Shown: positions 7,837 to 16,292 of the stretch, piece after piece
How positions within the stretch are numbered: position 1 is the first letter of the stretch
How the letters are laid out: each line of letters opens with the position of its first letter
DNA from: Desulfurella sp.
GTDB lineage: Bacteria > Campylobacterota_A > Desulfurellia > Desulfurellales > Desulfurellaceae
Direction of reading: 5' to 3'
Length of the DNA: 19,543 nt
Assembly: GCA_031960885.1 (NCBI GenBank)
Contig: JAVRLY010000024.1
Span: 1-19,543, forward strand
Made by a program: the position numbers and the translations under genes
Notes under the pieces: model-generated
What the model was told of the DNA's origin: nothing
Seen by the model: the letters and a program-made list of their open reading frames with translations, nothing else
Databases searched by the model: none

Positions 7837-8154
7837 TTATTCTAATTTTTTTAATAAACCAAACGTGTAATCCTTATCACATAATTCTTTAAGGCTTAGA
7901 ATTTCACCTTCTTCCAACCGCTCAAGCAAGTGAAACACTATAGCAGTATCTCCTGTTTGCATTTCAACAGTTAATCGACGATATTCAATCTCAGTCTCTA
8001 AAAGCTCACTTAAGAATATAGCCGTAGCTTCATGACCCACAGCAGACACAAAAGTATTATTTTGAAGATTTTTTTTTGCTTCTAAAGTAGATATTTTATC
8101 ATACCTATATAAACCAAAGTTTGTCAAAATTGGACCATTCAATACATAAATCAT
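7837..8154 (-). CDS. DUF1874 (STIV B116/YddF) protein; AcrIII-1/Crn2-like cyclic oligoadenylate ring nuclease, 105 aa
   Basis: True start inferred at ATG 8154 (MIYVLN), because the longer ORF reads through the tRNA. Motifs [17 protein letters not shown]...GD and RLEEGEILS. Confidence 0.88.
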   Translation of the reverse strand: MIYVLNGPILTNFGLYRYDKISTLEAKKNLQNNTFVSAVGHEATAIFLSELLETEIEYRRLTVEMQTGDTAIVFHLLERLEEGEILSLKELCDKDYTFGLLKKLE

Positions 8155-8161
8155 AGTATTT

Positions 8162-8189
8162 ATAATAACAGATTTCGGTAAATTTTCAA
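8162..8189 (-). promoter_or_regulatory. Promoter of the DUF1874-pncA-lipoprotein unit (likely leaderless)
   Basis: TTGAAA (8189-8184), 16-nt spacer ending in TGt, TATTAT (8167-8162), then 7 nt to the ATG. No SD. Confidence 0.6.
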
Positions 8190-8214
8190 CTCTCCCATTT
8201 ACATTAATAGCAAA

Positions 8215-8269
<55 letters not shown>

Positions 8270-8292
<23 letters not shown>

Positions 8293-9154
8293 CACTTATA
8301 TTAAAACCATTCTGTTTTAAATCTTCATAAACATCCCTGCCACACAAAAACTTAATTTCATATCTTTTATTACTTATTTCTTTTTGTTTGTCAACAATAA
8401 TATCAAAACCCAAGTTACTCCAAGCTGATAGAAATTTATTCTTATCTGATTCACTCATCTGACCTAAATTTGCGTAGTATTTGCCATTTATAATTTTTAC
8501 ACCAACTATATTGTAGCCTTTTGCTTTGAGAACATTCTCAAAAACTAAAAACTTAGATCTATCCATTCCACCTACATAAATCAAATAATTATATTTATAA
8601 TTTTCAATTTGCCTTACAATGTAGCTGATGTGTTTTTGTCCTAATATGGATTTTAAATTGTTCAACTGTTCATTGCCACACAGAACAACACAACTCTTTT
8701 GTATAATTTTGGGCATTTCAACGGGATTTGAAATTTTGTTTTGTGGGTTTTGAATTTTCACAACCTCTTTAACTTGTGGATTAGGCTTAATACTTTCACT
8801 TTTTTCGGTTTTTGGTTCTGTTTTTGGTTGATGTATAATTGCGATTGTTGCATTTGCTTTGTTTAAAGTAGCATTTTGTAATTTTACCGTTACGCTAAAT
8901 GTATTATTTGTATTATTAAATTTGGCTGTTTTTTTTATTTTTTCAATATTATTAATTAGTGTATGATTTTTTAAGTTTTCTATCTGATTTTTTGTTTCTT
9001 TCTTGGCGAAATAAAATCCAGCAAAAATTGTTACACTAAGCGCTAAAATGACAATCAATGAAATAAATAAGAATTTTACAAAAAGTACTTTTGACTTTTT
9101 TGGAATATCAATCTTTTTAGGTATATTGTTTTTTAAAAGATTAATTTCAAACAT
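8270..9154 (-). CDS. Hypothetical single-pass membrane protein
   Basis: 294-aa ORF starting 3 nt after the sppA stop. N-terminal TM helix, P/K/E/Q/N-rich linker, C-terminal alpha/beta region. Confidence 0.75.
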
Positions 9155-9157
9155 AAG

Positions 9158-9994
9158 TTATTTAAAAATCATCTGCAAACTAGGAATTTTTGATAAATCT
9201 AACAAATTTTTTATATTATCTAATCCAAACAAATTTGCAATTGACGAATTATTGTTGCTCAAATCTACAAATTTTAAATTCTTTCTATGTGTATAATCTT
9301 CTAGATAATGTTTAGCAGCCTCAAAACCACCTATCGAATCTACCAAATGCTGATCTAAAGCCATTTGCCCAGTAAAGACTCTACCATTTGCTAAAGGCCT
9401 TAATTTTGCTATGCTAATATGCCTTGATGTAGATACAGCATGCAAAAACTGATTATAAACACTTTCAACAACACTAAATAACATCTCTTTATCGGCTTGT
9501 GTAGGTTTTCTCAGTGGGTTTCCCGCATCTTTTACTTCGCCACTTTTTACAACAAACTCTTCAATTCCAATTTTATTTGCTAGCTTATAGGCATTAATTC
9601 CTTCAAATATAACGCCAATACTACCAGTTAAAGAAGCTGGATAAGTTACAATTTTACTTGCACCTAATGATGCAAAATAAGCTCCGCTTGCGCCTACACT
9701 CTCAATTAAAGCTACAATAGGTTTTTTTTGATTTATTCTTTTTACTAAATAGTAAATTTTTTCACTCTGAGTAGCATCGCCACCAGGGGAATTTATTTTT
9801 AGCAAAATTGCATCAAACAACGGATCTTTTTGTGCCTGTTGTAACTGCTCACATATTGCAGATGCGCTACTTGGTGTTATAATGCCATCGATATTAATAA
9901 CTGCAACTTTAGTGGGGCTAAAAATATTGTAAAAAAGATTCATTACAAAAACAATAAAAAAAATTATGATAAAAATCTTTATTATCTTTTTCAT
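9158..9994 (-). CDS. sppA: Signal peptide peptidase SppA (36K type, S49)
   Basis: INSPGG, GASGAY (catalytic Ser), GSIGV, KSGEVKD and GRVFTG motifs. Confidence 0.96.
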   Translation of the reverse strand: MKKIIKIFIIIFFIVFVMNLFYNIFSPTKVAVINIDGIITPSSASAICEQLQQAQKDPLFDAILLKINSPGGDATQSEKIYYLVKRINQKKPIVALIESVGASGAYFASLGASKIVTYPASLTGSIGVIFEGINAYKLANKIGIEEFVVKSGEVKDAGNPLRKPTQADKEMLFSVVESVYNQFLHAVSTSRHISIAKLRPLANGRVFTGQMALDQHLVDSIGGFEAAKHYLEDYTHRKNLKFVDLSNNNSSIANLFGLDNIKNLLDLSKIPSLQMIFK

Positions 9995-10003
9995 AAATAA
10001 ATT

Positions 10004-11515
10004 TTACATCAATCTTGAAATCATTTTTCTCTTTGATATTTCTAAACGGATTATTTTTATTTTAACTTTTTCATCTTTATTGACGCCAATATTGTTCAGT
10101 TCGCTTCTTGGTACGAGACTTTCAACGCCATTTTCTAACTTTACAAACGCACCAAAATCCTTTATGCCAGTTACAATGCCTTCAACAATATCGCCAACTT
10201 TATATTTGCCTTCTATTAAACTCCATGGGTCTGGTTCAAGCTGTCTTAGAGATAAAGCAATCCTTTTTTTATCTAAATTAATTTCGATAATTTTCGCTTT
10301 AATTTTATCAGAAATATTTAAAATAGGTCTTTCCTCTGGTGACCACGATAGTTCATTAGTATGAATTAAACCTTCTACGCCTTCTTCCAGTTTTAAAAAC
10401 ACACCAAAATCTTTTATGCCAGTTATGGTGCCTTCAACAATATCGCCAACATGAAACTTTTCTTCTACAAAAGACCATGGCTCCGATTGAAGTCTCTTGA
10501 TGCTTAAAGCTATTTTTTTCTTTAAAACATCGACCATTAAAACTTTTGATTTTATTCGTAAACCAACACTTAAGTCTTCTTTGGCATCTTTTGGAAATTT
10601 TATCCAACTAATCTCAGAGTTATGTATCAACCCCTCCACACCGCCTTCAAGTTCAACAAATATACCATAATTGACTATATTTGAAATTAAGCCCTCTACT
10701 ACATCACCTTCTTTGATTTTTACTTCTTCCCACGGGTCTTTAGTTAAGTGTTTGATACTTAGAAATATTCTTTTTTTATCATCTCTATCTTCAATACGCA
10801 TAACTTTAGCTTTGATCTCATCCTGCGGATTTAAAACATCCTGTGGTTTTAAAATCTTTTTCCAGGAAATATCTGTAATATGCACAAAACCATCGATACC
10901 TCCAAGATCAACAAAAACACCATAGTCAACAATATTTTTTACCTTGCCTTTAACAATATCTCCAACCTTTAATTGTTCTATTAAATCAGTCTTTTTCTTA
11001 TTATTTATCTCTTCTAATAGCTGTTTTCTTGATAAAATGGCATTCTTTTTTTGTTCATCTAAACTTATAACTTTGAATTCATATTCTTTGCCAATATAGT
11101 AGTCAAAGTTCCTTCTTTTGGATAAGTCTACCAAAGAACCTGGCAAGAAAGCTACAAACCCATCAACATCCACTAAAAATCCGCCTTTTATAGACGCTTT
11201 TATAACACCTTTAACGGGCTTATCTTCTTTGAAAGATTGAGTTATTATATTAAACCCAATAATTCTATCTGCTCTTGCTTTTGATAACATTTGAAAACCA
11301 TTTACATCTTGTTTTCCCAAAAACATAACTTTTACTGTATCACCGATATTACATTCATTCTTAAACTCATTCAATGGTACAATACCTTCAGACTTGTATC
11401 CTATATCTACAAATACATAGTCATCCTTAATGTTTATAACAGTGCCTTCAACAATTTGTCCTTCTTCAAAATCTTTAAAAGTATTTTCATAGTTCAATAC
11501 ATAATCTTTATCCAT
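10004..11515 (-). CDS. rpsA: 30S ribosomal protein S1
   Basis: Six S1 repeats (VDIGYKSEG, FLPGS, YGVFVDLGGIDGFVHITDISW, etc.). SD GGGGAGGT. Confidence 0.97.
   Translation of the reverse strand: MDKDYVLNYENTFKDFEEGQIVEGTVINIKDDYVFVDIGYKSEGIVPLNEFKNECNIGDTVKVMFLGKQDVNGFQMLSKARADRIIGFNIITQSFKEDKPVKGVIKASIKGGFLVDVDGFVAFLPGSLVDLSKRRNFDYYIGKEYEFKVISLDEQKKNAILSRKQLLEEINNKKKTDLIEQLKVGDIVKGKVKNIVDYGVFVDLGGIDGFVHITDISWKKILKPQDVLNPQDEIKAKVMRIEDRDDKKRIFLSIKHLTKDPWEEVKIKEGDVVEGLISNIVNYGIFVELEGGVEGLIHNSEISWIKFPKDAKEDLSVGLRIKSKVLMVDVLKKKIALSIKRLQSEPWSFVEEKFHVGDIVEGTITGIKDFGVFLKLEEGVEGLIHTNELSWSPEERPILNISDKIKAKIIEINLDKKRIALSLRQLEPDPWSLIEGKYKVGDIVEGIVTGIKDFGAFVKLENGVESLVPRSELNNIGVNKDEKVKIKIIRLEISKRKMISRLM
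10150..10450. repeat. 49-bp imperfect direct repeat inside rpsA (10150-10198 and 10402-10450)
   Basis: 45/49 identical by manual alignment. Offset 252 nt (84 codons). Confidence 0.9.
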
Positions 11516-11540
11516 GAATACCTCCCCTACCTTTATTTTT

Positions 11541-11568
11541 ATTATAACTCATAAAAAAAGCTTGTCAA
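11541..11568 (-). promoter_or_regulatory. rpsA sigma70 promoter
   Basis: Perfect TTGACA (11568-11563), 16-nt spacer, TATAAT (11546-11541). Confidence 0.85.
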
Positions 11569-11579
11569 TAAATAAAAAC

Positions 11580-11607
11580 TTGACAAGCGCAAACAATCGT
11601 TTAAAAT
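11580..11607 (+). promoter_or_regulatory. Promoter of the PHP-bamB-ftsH-usp unit (likely leaderless)
   Basis: TTGACA (11580-11585), 16-nt spacer, TAAAAT (11602-11607), then 7 nt to ATG 11615. Confidence 0.8.
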
Positions 11608-11614
11608 TACACTT

Positions 11615-12289
11615 ATGATTGATTTTCACACTCACACAGTTTTTAGCGATGGAGAACTTATACCATCTGAACTGGTAAAAAGGGCAAAAGACAAAGGCTA
11701 CAGAGCAATTGCTATAACTGATCATGCTGATTTTTCCAATGTGGAAATAATAATCAAAAATATTAAAAAAGCAACATTTGGTCTTGAAAAATACTATGGT
11801 TTGTATGTATTTTGCGGTGTAGAGATAACGCATGTACCTCCTAAATTAATAAAAAATGTAATTTTAGCAGCTAAGCAATTAGGTGCAGACTTAATTGTAG
11901 TTCATGGTGAAAGCCCTGTTGAAAATGTTGCAAAAACTACTAACTTTGAAGCCATAACTAGCAAATGTGATATTTTAGCACACCCAGGTTTAATTACTCA
12001 AAAAGAAACTGAGCTTGCGGCAAAAAATAATGTTTATTTGGAAATTACAGCAAGAAGCGGGCACAGTTTGACAAATGGTCATGTATTTCAAATGTCAAAA
12101 AAGTACGGTGCAAAATGTATAATAAATACGGATACTCATTCTCCATATGATCTCATTGACATTAATTTTGCAAAGGTTATATTATACGGTTGCGGCATGG
12201 ATGAAAGTATAGTTAATCAAACGTTAGCTAATTCTGAAGAGTTACTAGAAAAAGTTTTAAAAAGGAGATTTTCGTGCTTAAAAAAATAA
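11615..12289 (+). CDS. PHP-domain phosphoesterase (histidinol-phosphatase-like)
   Basis: DFHTHT..SDG, AITDH, GVEITH, VVHGE, ILAHPG and NTDTH motifs. Confidence 0.93.
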   Translation: MIDFHTHTVFSDGELIPSELVKRAKDKGYRAIAITDHADFSNVEIIIKNIKKATFGLEKYYGLYVFCGVEITHVPPKLIKNVILAAKQLGADLIVVHGESPVENVAKTTNFEAITSKCDILAHPGLITQKETELAAKNNVYLEITARSGHSLTNGHVFQMSKKYGAKCIINTDTHSPYDLIDINFAKVILYGCGMDESIVNQTLANSEELLEKVLKRRFSCLKK

Positions 12290-13389
12290 GCGTATTTTTT
12301 ATTTTTTTAACAATATTTTCTGTGTATTCTTGCTCAAGCACTAAACATATAAACCTAACAGTCGAAGAAAAACCACTACCTATTGCAAAGCAAAAAAGCA
12401 TCGTTAGCCCACCTGTAAAAATAGAGAAAATTTACAGTATAGGTCCAGTTTCTTATAGAGCCAAACTTTTTATTTATGACGATACGATATACATAGGAAG
12501 CACAAATAAGCGTTTATATATGATAAATTTAAAAACAAATGAAGCAAAACACTTAGACATCAAAGAGCCTATTGAAGCTGAAATTTATGCGGATAATTAC
12601 ATATATGTTGGAACTACAAAAGGTCAGTTGTACAAAATTGATTATAAAAACAATATTGTCTGGCAAAGACAACTTGGCTTTCCTATTGTCGGTGGCATAA
12701 TAGAAGACAATGGTTATCTGTATGTTACAACAACAGACAACACGCTCTATAAAATAGATAAATTAGATGGAAAAATTGCTTGGGAGTTTCATAGAAATAC
12801 AGCACCAATGAGTGTGAAAGGCTTTAGTGTGCCAGTTATCACAGAAGATTCTATATATATAGGTTTTAATAATGGAATGCTCTATAGAATAACTAAAAGT
12901 GGCGATGAAATTTGGGAAGTAAAGGTTGGCAAAGGCGAACTATTCGTTAATGTTGATTCAAAATATCAATTAACTAACTCACATGTTTACGCAACTAGCA
13001 CAACTGGTTATACGCAGTCTATATCAATTGACAAAGCAACACCATTATGGTCCAAAGAAGTATCAAGCTTTGCAAACTTAGAAACTTCGCCCTTTGCTCT
13101 TTTTGTAGCAAATGAGAATGGAGGCGTAGAAGCGCTAGATCCACAAAGCGGCAGTATTATTTGGACTAAAACGCTAAGCTACAATTATGATGTGTATTCA
13201 ATGTATCTATCCGGCGATGATTATTTATTTTGCCTATTATCGAATGGGAGGCTATGCGTATTAAATGCTTTAAATGGTAAAATTATGCAAATATTTAATT
13301 TGGGTGGTACATTTGATTCAAAATTTACATATTATAAAAATGCACTTTATATAATTTCTAGAGACGGCGATATTTATAAAATTTATTAA
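12274..13389 (+). CDS. PQQ-like beta-propeller lipoprotein (BamB-like)
   Basis: GTG start, lipobox VYSC, repeated YVG..G.LY.ID...G...W propeller blades. Confidence 0.8.
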   Translation: MLKKISVFFIFLTIFSVYSCSSTKHINLTVEEKPLPIAKQKSIVSPPVKIEKIYSIGPVSYRAKLFIYDDTIYIGSTNKRLYMINLKTNEAKHLDIKEPIEAEIYADNYIYVGTTKGQLYKIDYKNNIVWQRQLGFPIVGGIIEDNGYLYVTTTDNTLYKIDKLDGKIAWEFHRNTAPMSVKGFSVPVITEDSIYIGFNNGMLYRITKSGDEIWEVKVGKGELFVNVDSKYQLTNSHVYATSTTGYTQSISIDKATPLWSKEVSSFANLETSPFALFVANENGGVEALDPQSGSIIWTKTLSYNYDVYSMYLSGDDYLFCLLSNGRLCVLNALNGKIMQIFNLGGTFDSKFTYYKNALYIISRDGDIYKIY

Positions 13390-13400
13390 TAAGGTAAAAT

Positions 13401-15251
13401 ATGCAAAACAATGATGAAGAACAAAAACCAAACAAAAACAATAATTATCAGAATTTAATAAAGTTTTCTTTATTTTATTTGCTAATTGGACTTCTGGCTA
13501 TATACTTTTATCAGAATTTTTTTTCAATTGAAAAGAAAACTCTTACTTATTCAGAATTTAAATCGCTTGTTGCAAAAAATAGAGTAATAAGCTGTGAAAT
13601 ATCATCTCAATACATAAAAGGCGAATATTTAAACAATAAAAATAAAAAAGAAAACTTTGTGACAATTGCAGTTAATGATCCCAATTTAGTAAAAGATTTA
13701 GAAGTTCATCATGTGAATTTTAGTGGCACTATAACAAATACTTGGCTTACAAATCTAATTTTTGGATGGATTCTACCCTTTGGACTGCTGTTTTTTTTAT
13801 GGTGGTTTATGACCAAAAAAATCAGAGGTTCAAGTGGTTCAATCTTTGGTTTTGGCAAAGGGAGATTTAAGGTTTATTTAAATAAACGGCCAGATGTAAA
13901 ATTTTCTGATGTGGCTGGCATTGATGAAGTTAAATATGAAGTTGAAGAAATTGTCGAATTTTTAAGAAATCCAAATAAATTTCAAAGATTAGGCGGAAGA
14001 ATACCTAAGGGGGTTTTGCTTGTTGGGGCACCGGGAACAGGCAAAACGTTGCTTGCAAAAGCTACAGCTGGCGAAGCTGAAGTTCCATTCTTAAGTATAA
14101 GTGGCTCTGAGTTCATTGAAATGTTTGTGGGTGTTGGCGCAAGTAGAGTGAGAGATTTGTTTACAGAAGCAAAAAAATTGGCACCATGTATCGTATTTAT
14201 TGATGAGATTGACACAATAGGCAAAAGTAGAGCAATAAATACTATTACGTCAAATGATGAACGAGAGCAAACACTAAATCAATTACTTGCAGAAATGGAT
14301 GGTTTTGAATCAAATTTAGGCGTTATTATTATGGCTGCAACAAATAGGCCAGAAATTTTAGACCCAGCACTTTTAAGACCAGGTAGATTTGATAGACAAA
14401 TCATAGTTGATAAGCCAAATGTCAATGGACGTGAGGCAATTTTCAAAGTCCATGTAAAAAAGATAAGATTAGATAAAGATGTTGATTTAAAAAAATTAGC
14501 ACAAATGACGCCAGGACTTGTAGGTGCTGATATCGAAAACATTGTTAACGAAGCTGCATTGCTAGCTGCAAGAGAAAACAGTGAAACTGTAAATATGAAA
14601 CATTTTGAAGAATCTATAGAAAGACAAATTGCTGGACTTAAAAAACAAAATAGAGCAATGAGAGAAGAAGAAAAGAAGCGTGTAGCTGTTCATGAATCCG
14701 GTCATGCAATTATTGCTTATTTAACACCAAATGCAGATAAAGTGCATAAAATTTCTATCATACCACGTGGCGTTGCTGCACTAGGATATACTCAGCAGCT
14801 ACCAACAGATGACAGATATCTAATTACAAAACAAGAAATGCTAAATATGATAAAAGTGCTTTTTGGCGGTAGAATTGCTGAAGAAATTGTTCTAAAGGAC
14901 ATTTCCACTGGTGCACAAAATGATTTATCACGTGCTACTGATATTGCAAGAAGTATAGTTACTAAATTTGGTATGAGCAACACAATAGGCCTTGTTGTCT
15001 TGGAAGATCCAGCCAAATCGAGATTCTTAGGCTCAGAAGGTGTATTTGCTCAAAAAGATGAAATTAGTGAAAAAACCAAAGAAGCTGTAGATGAAGAAAT
15101 AAAAAGTATTTTAAATGATTGTTACGCCCAAGCAAAGAAAACACTCGAAAATAACCTCGATAAACTTGAAAAGTTAACGAATTTACTTTTAGAAAAAGAA
15201 GAAATTAACGAAGAAGAATTAAAAAATATTATGGAGAACAAAAATGTATAA
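13401..15251 (+). CDS. ftsH: ATP-dependent zinc metalloprotease FtsH
   Basis: Two TM helices, GAPGTGKT, FIDEID, ATNRPEILDPALLRPGRFDR and HESGH. Confidence 0.98.
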   Translation: MQNNDEEQKPNKNNNYQNLIKFSLFYLLIGLLAIYFYQNFFSIEKKTLTYSEFKSLVAKNRVISCEISSQYIKGEYLNNKNKKENFVTIAVNDPNLVKDLEVHHVNFSGTITNTWLTNLIFGWILPFGLLFFLWWFMTKKIRGSSGSIFGFGKGRFKVYLNKRPDVKFSDVAGIDEVKYEVEEIVEFLRNPNKFQRLGGRIPKGVLLVGAPGTGKTLLAKATAGEAEVPFLSISGSEFIEMFVGVGASRVRDLFTEAKKLAPCIVFIDEIDTIGKSRAINTITSNDEREQTLNQLLAEMDGFESNLGVIIMAATNRPEILDPALLRPGRFDRQIIVDKPNVNGREAIFKVHVKKIRLDKDVDLKKLAQMTPGLVGADIENIVNEAALLAARENSETVNMKHFEESIERQIAGLKKQNRAMREEEKKRVAVHESGHAIIAYLTPNADKVHKISIIPRGVAALGYTQQLPTDDRYLITKQEMLNMIKVLFGGRIAEEIVLKDISTGAQNDLSRATDIARSIVTKFGMSNTIGLVVLEDPAKSRFLGSEGVFAQKDEISEKTKEAVDEEIKSILNDCYAQAKKTLENNLDKLEKLTNLLLEKEEINEEELKNIMENKNV

Positions 15252-16059
15252 TGTAAGCAAAATTTTAGTAGCCATTGACTCAAGTCCATATAGCACAAAT
15301 GCAATAAAATTTGCGCTTGAATTTGGTAAAAAGTTTGATTGCATTGTAGATGCATTGCATGTCATTGATACAGTTCAACTTGAAGGTCCATTTATTTATG
15401 ATCTAAGTGGTGTTTTAGGTTTTGAGCCTTTTATAAACTTTAGCGCAGAACTAAAAAAAGCACTTGAAGAAAAAGGTAGGAGTATATTGCAAGCATTTTC
15501 TGAAATGGCTCAAAATGAAAATGTTAAATCTCACTCTTTTATAGAGGTAGGAATTATACCAATTACAATAGTAGAAACTTCTTTTGAATACGATATGATT
15601 TTTATAGGCAAAAAGGGTGTAAACGCATCATTTGAAAGGGGTATTTTAGGAAGCAATATTGAATCAATAATTCGAAAATCAAAAAAACCTATTTTTGTGG
15701 CAGATAAAAATTTTTATGAGATTAAAAATATCGTTGTTGGTTATGATGCAAGAGAGCCTTCCAAAGAAGCACTTCAATTAGCAAACATCTTGGCACAAAA
15801 TTTGCATGCTAAGATTCATATAGTAAATGTTAGAAAAACTGATAATGAAACTTTAGATGATAAATATCTTAATATTGTATACCTAACAAAACAAAAAAGC
15901 GTTGCAGATACGCTAATTGAATACGCAAAAACAGTTCAAAATCCTCTATTAATGCTTGGCGCGTACAATAAAAATCGCCTCTTAGAAATGATTATTGGTT
16001 CAACTACAGAAGCAATATTGCGCAAAGAATGTGATTTACCCTTAATAATCATAAGATAA
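15244..16059 (+). CDS. Universal stress protein (tandem USP domains)
   Basis: KILVAIDSS...GILGSNIESIIR and IVVGYD...IIGSTTEAIL. Confidence 0.92.
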   Translation: MYNVSKILVAIDSSPYSTNAIKFALEFGKKFDCIVDALHVIDTVQLEGPFIYDLSGVLGFEPFINFSAELKKALEEKGRSILQAFSEMAQNENVKSHSFIEVGIIPITIVETSFEYDMIFIGKKGVNASFERGILGSNIESIIRKSKKPIFVADKNFYEIKNIVVGYDAREPSKEALQLANILAQNLHAKIHIVNVRKTDNETLDDKYLNIVYLTKQKSVADTLIEYAKTVQNPLLMLGAYNKNRLLEMIIGSTTEAILRKECDLPLIIIR

Positions 16060-16292
16060 TTAGAACTATTTTTATTTAGTAATGAATCTGCTCTACTTAG
16101 TAATATAATTTTAAATTGTTTTCTTGTTAAATAACTGATTATAAATATTTTTTTTATATCATATGATTGGATTTAGTTACATTTATAATGTTGTTTTTTA
16201 TATATATTACTTTATCATTTTATTTTTTACTTTACAAAAATTTGAAATTTTGATATATAAATTGAAGGTTAATCTCTTAAAAGGGGGCTACG

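Noticed and set aside
16060..16292. oriC or dif site in the AT-rich gap
   Set aside because: No DnaA boxes seen. ATTTAGTTA at 16171 resembles only the edge of a difH arm and lacks the rest.
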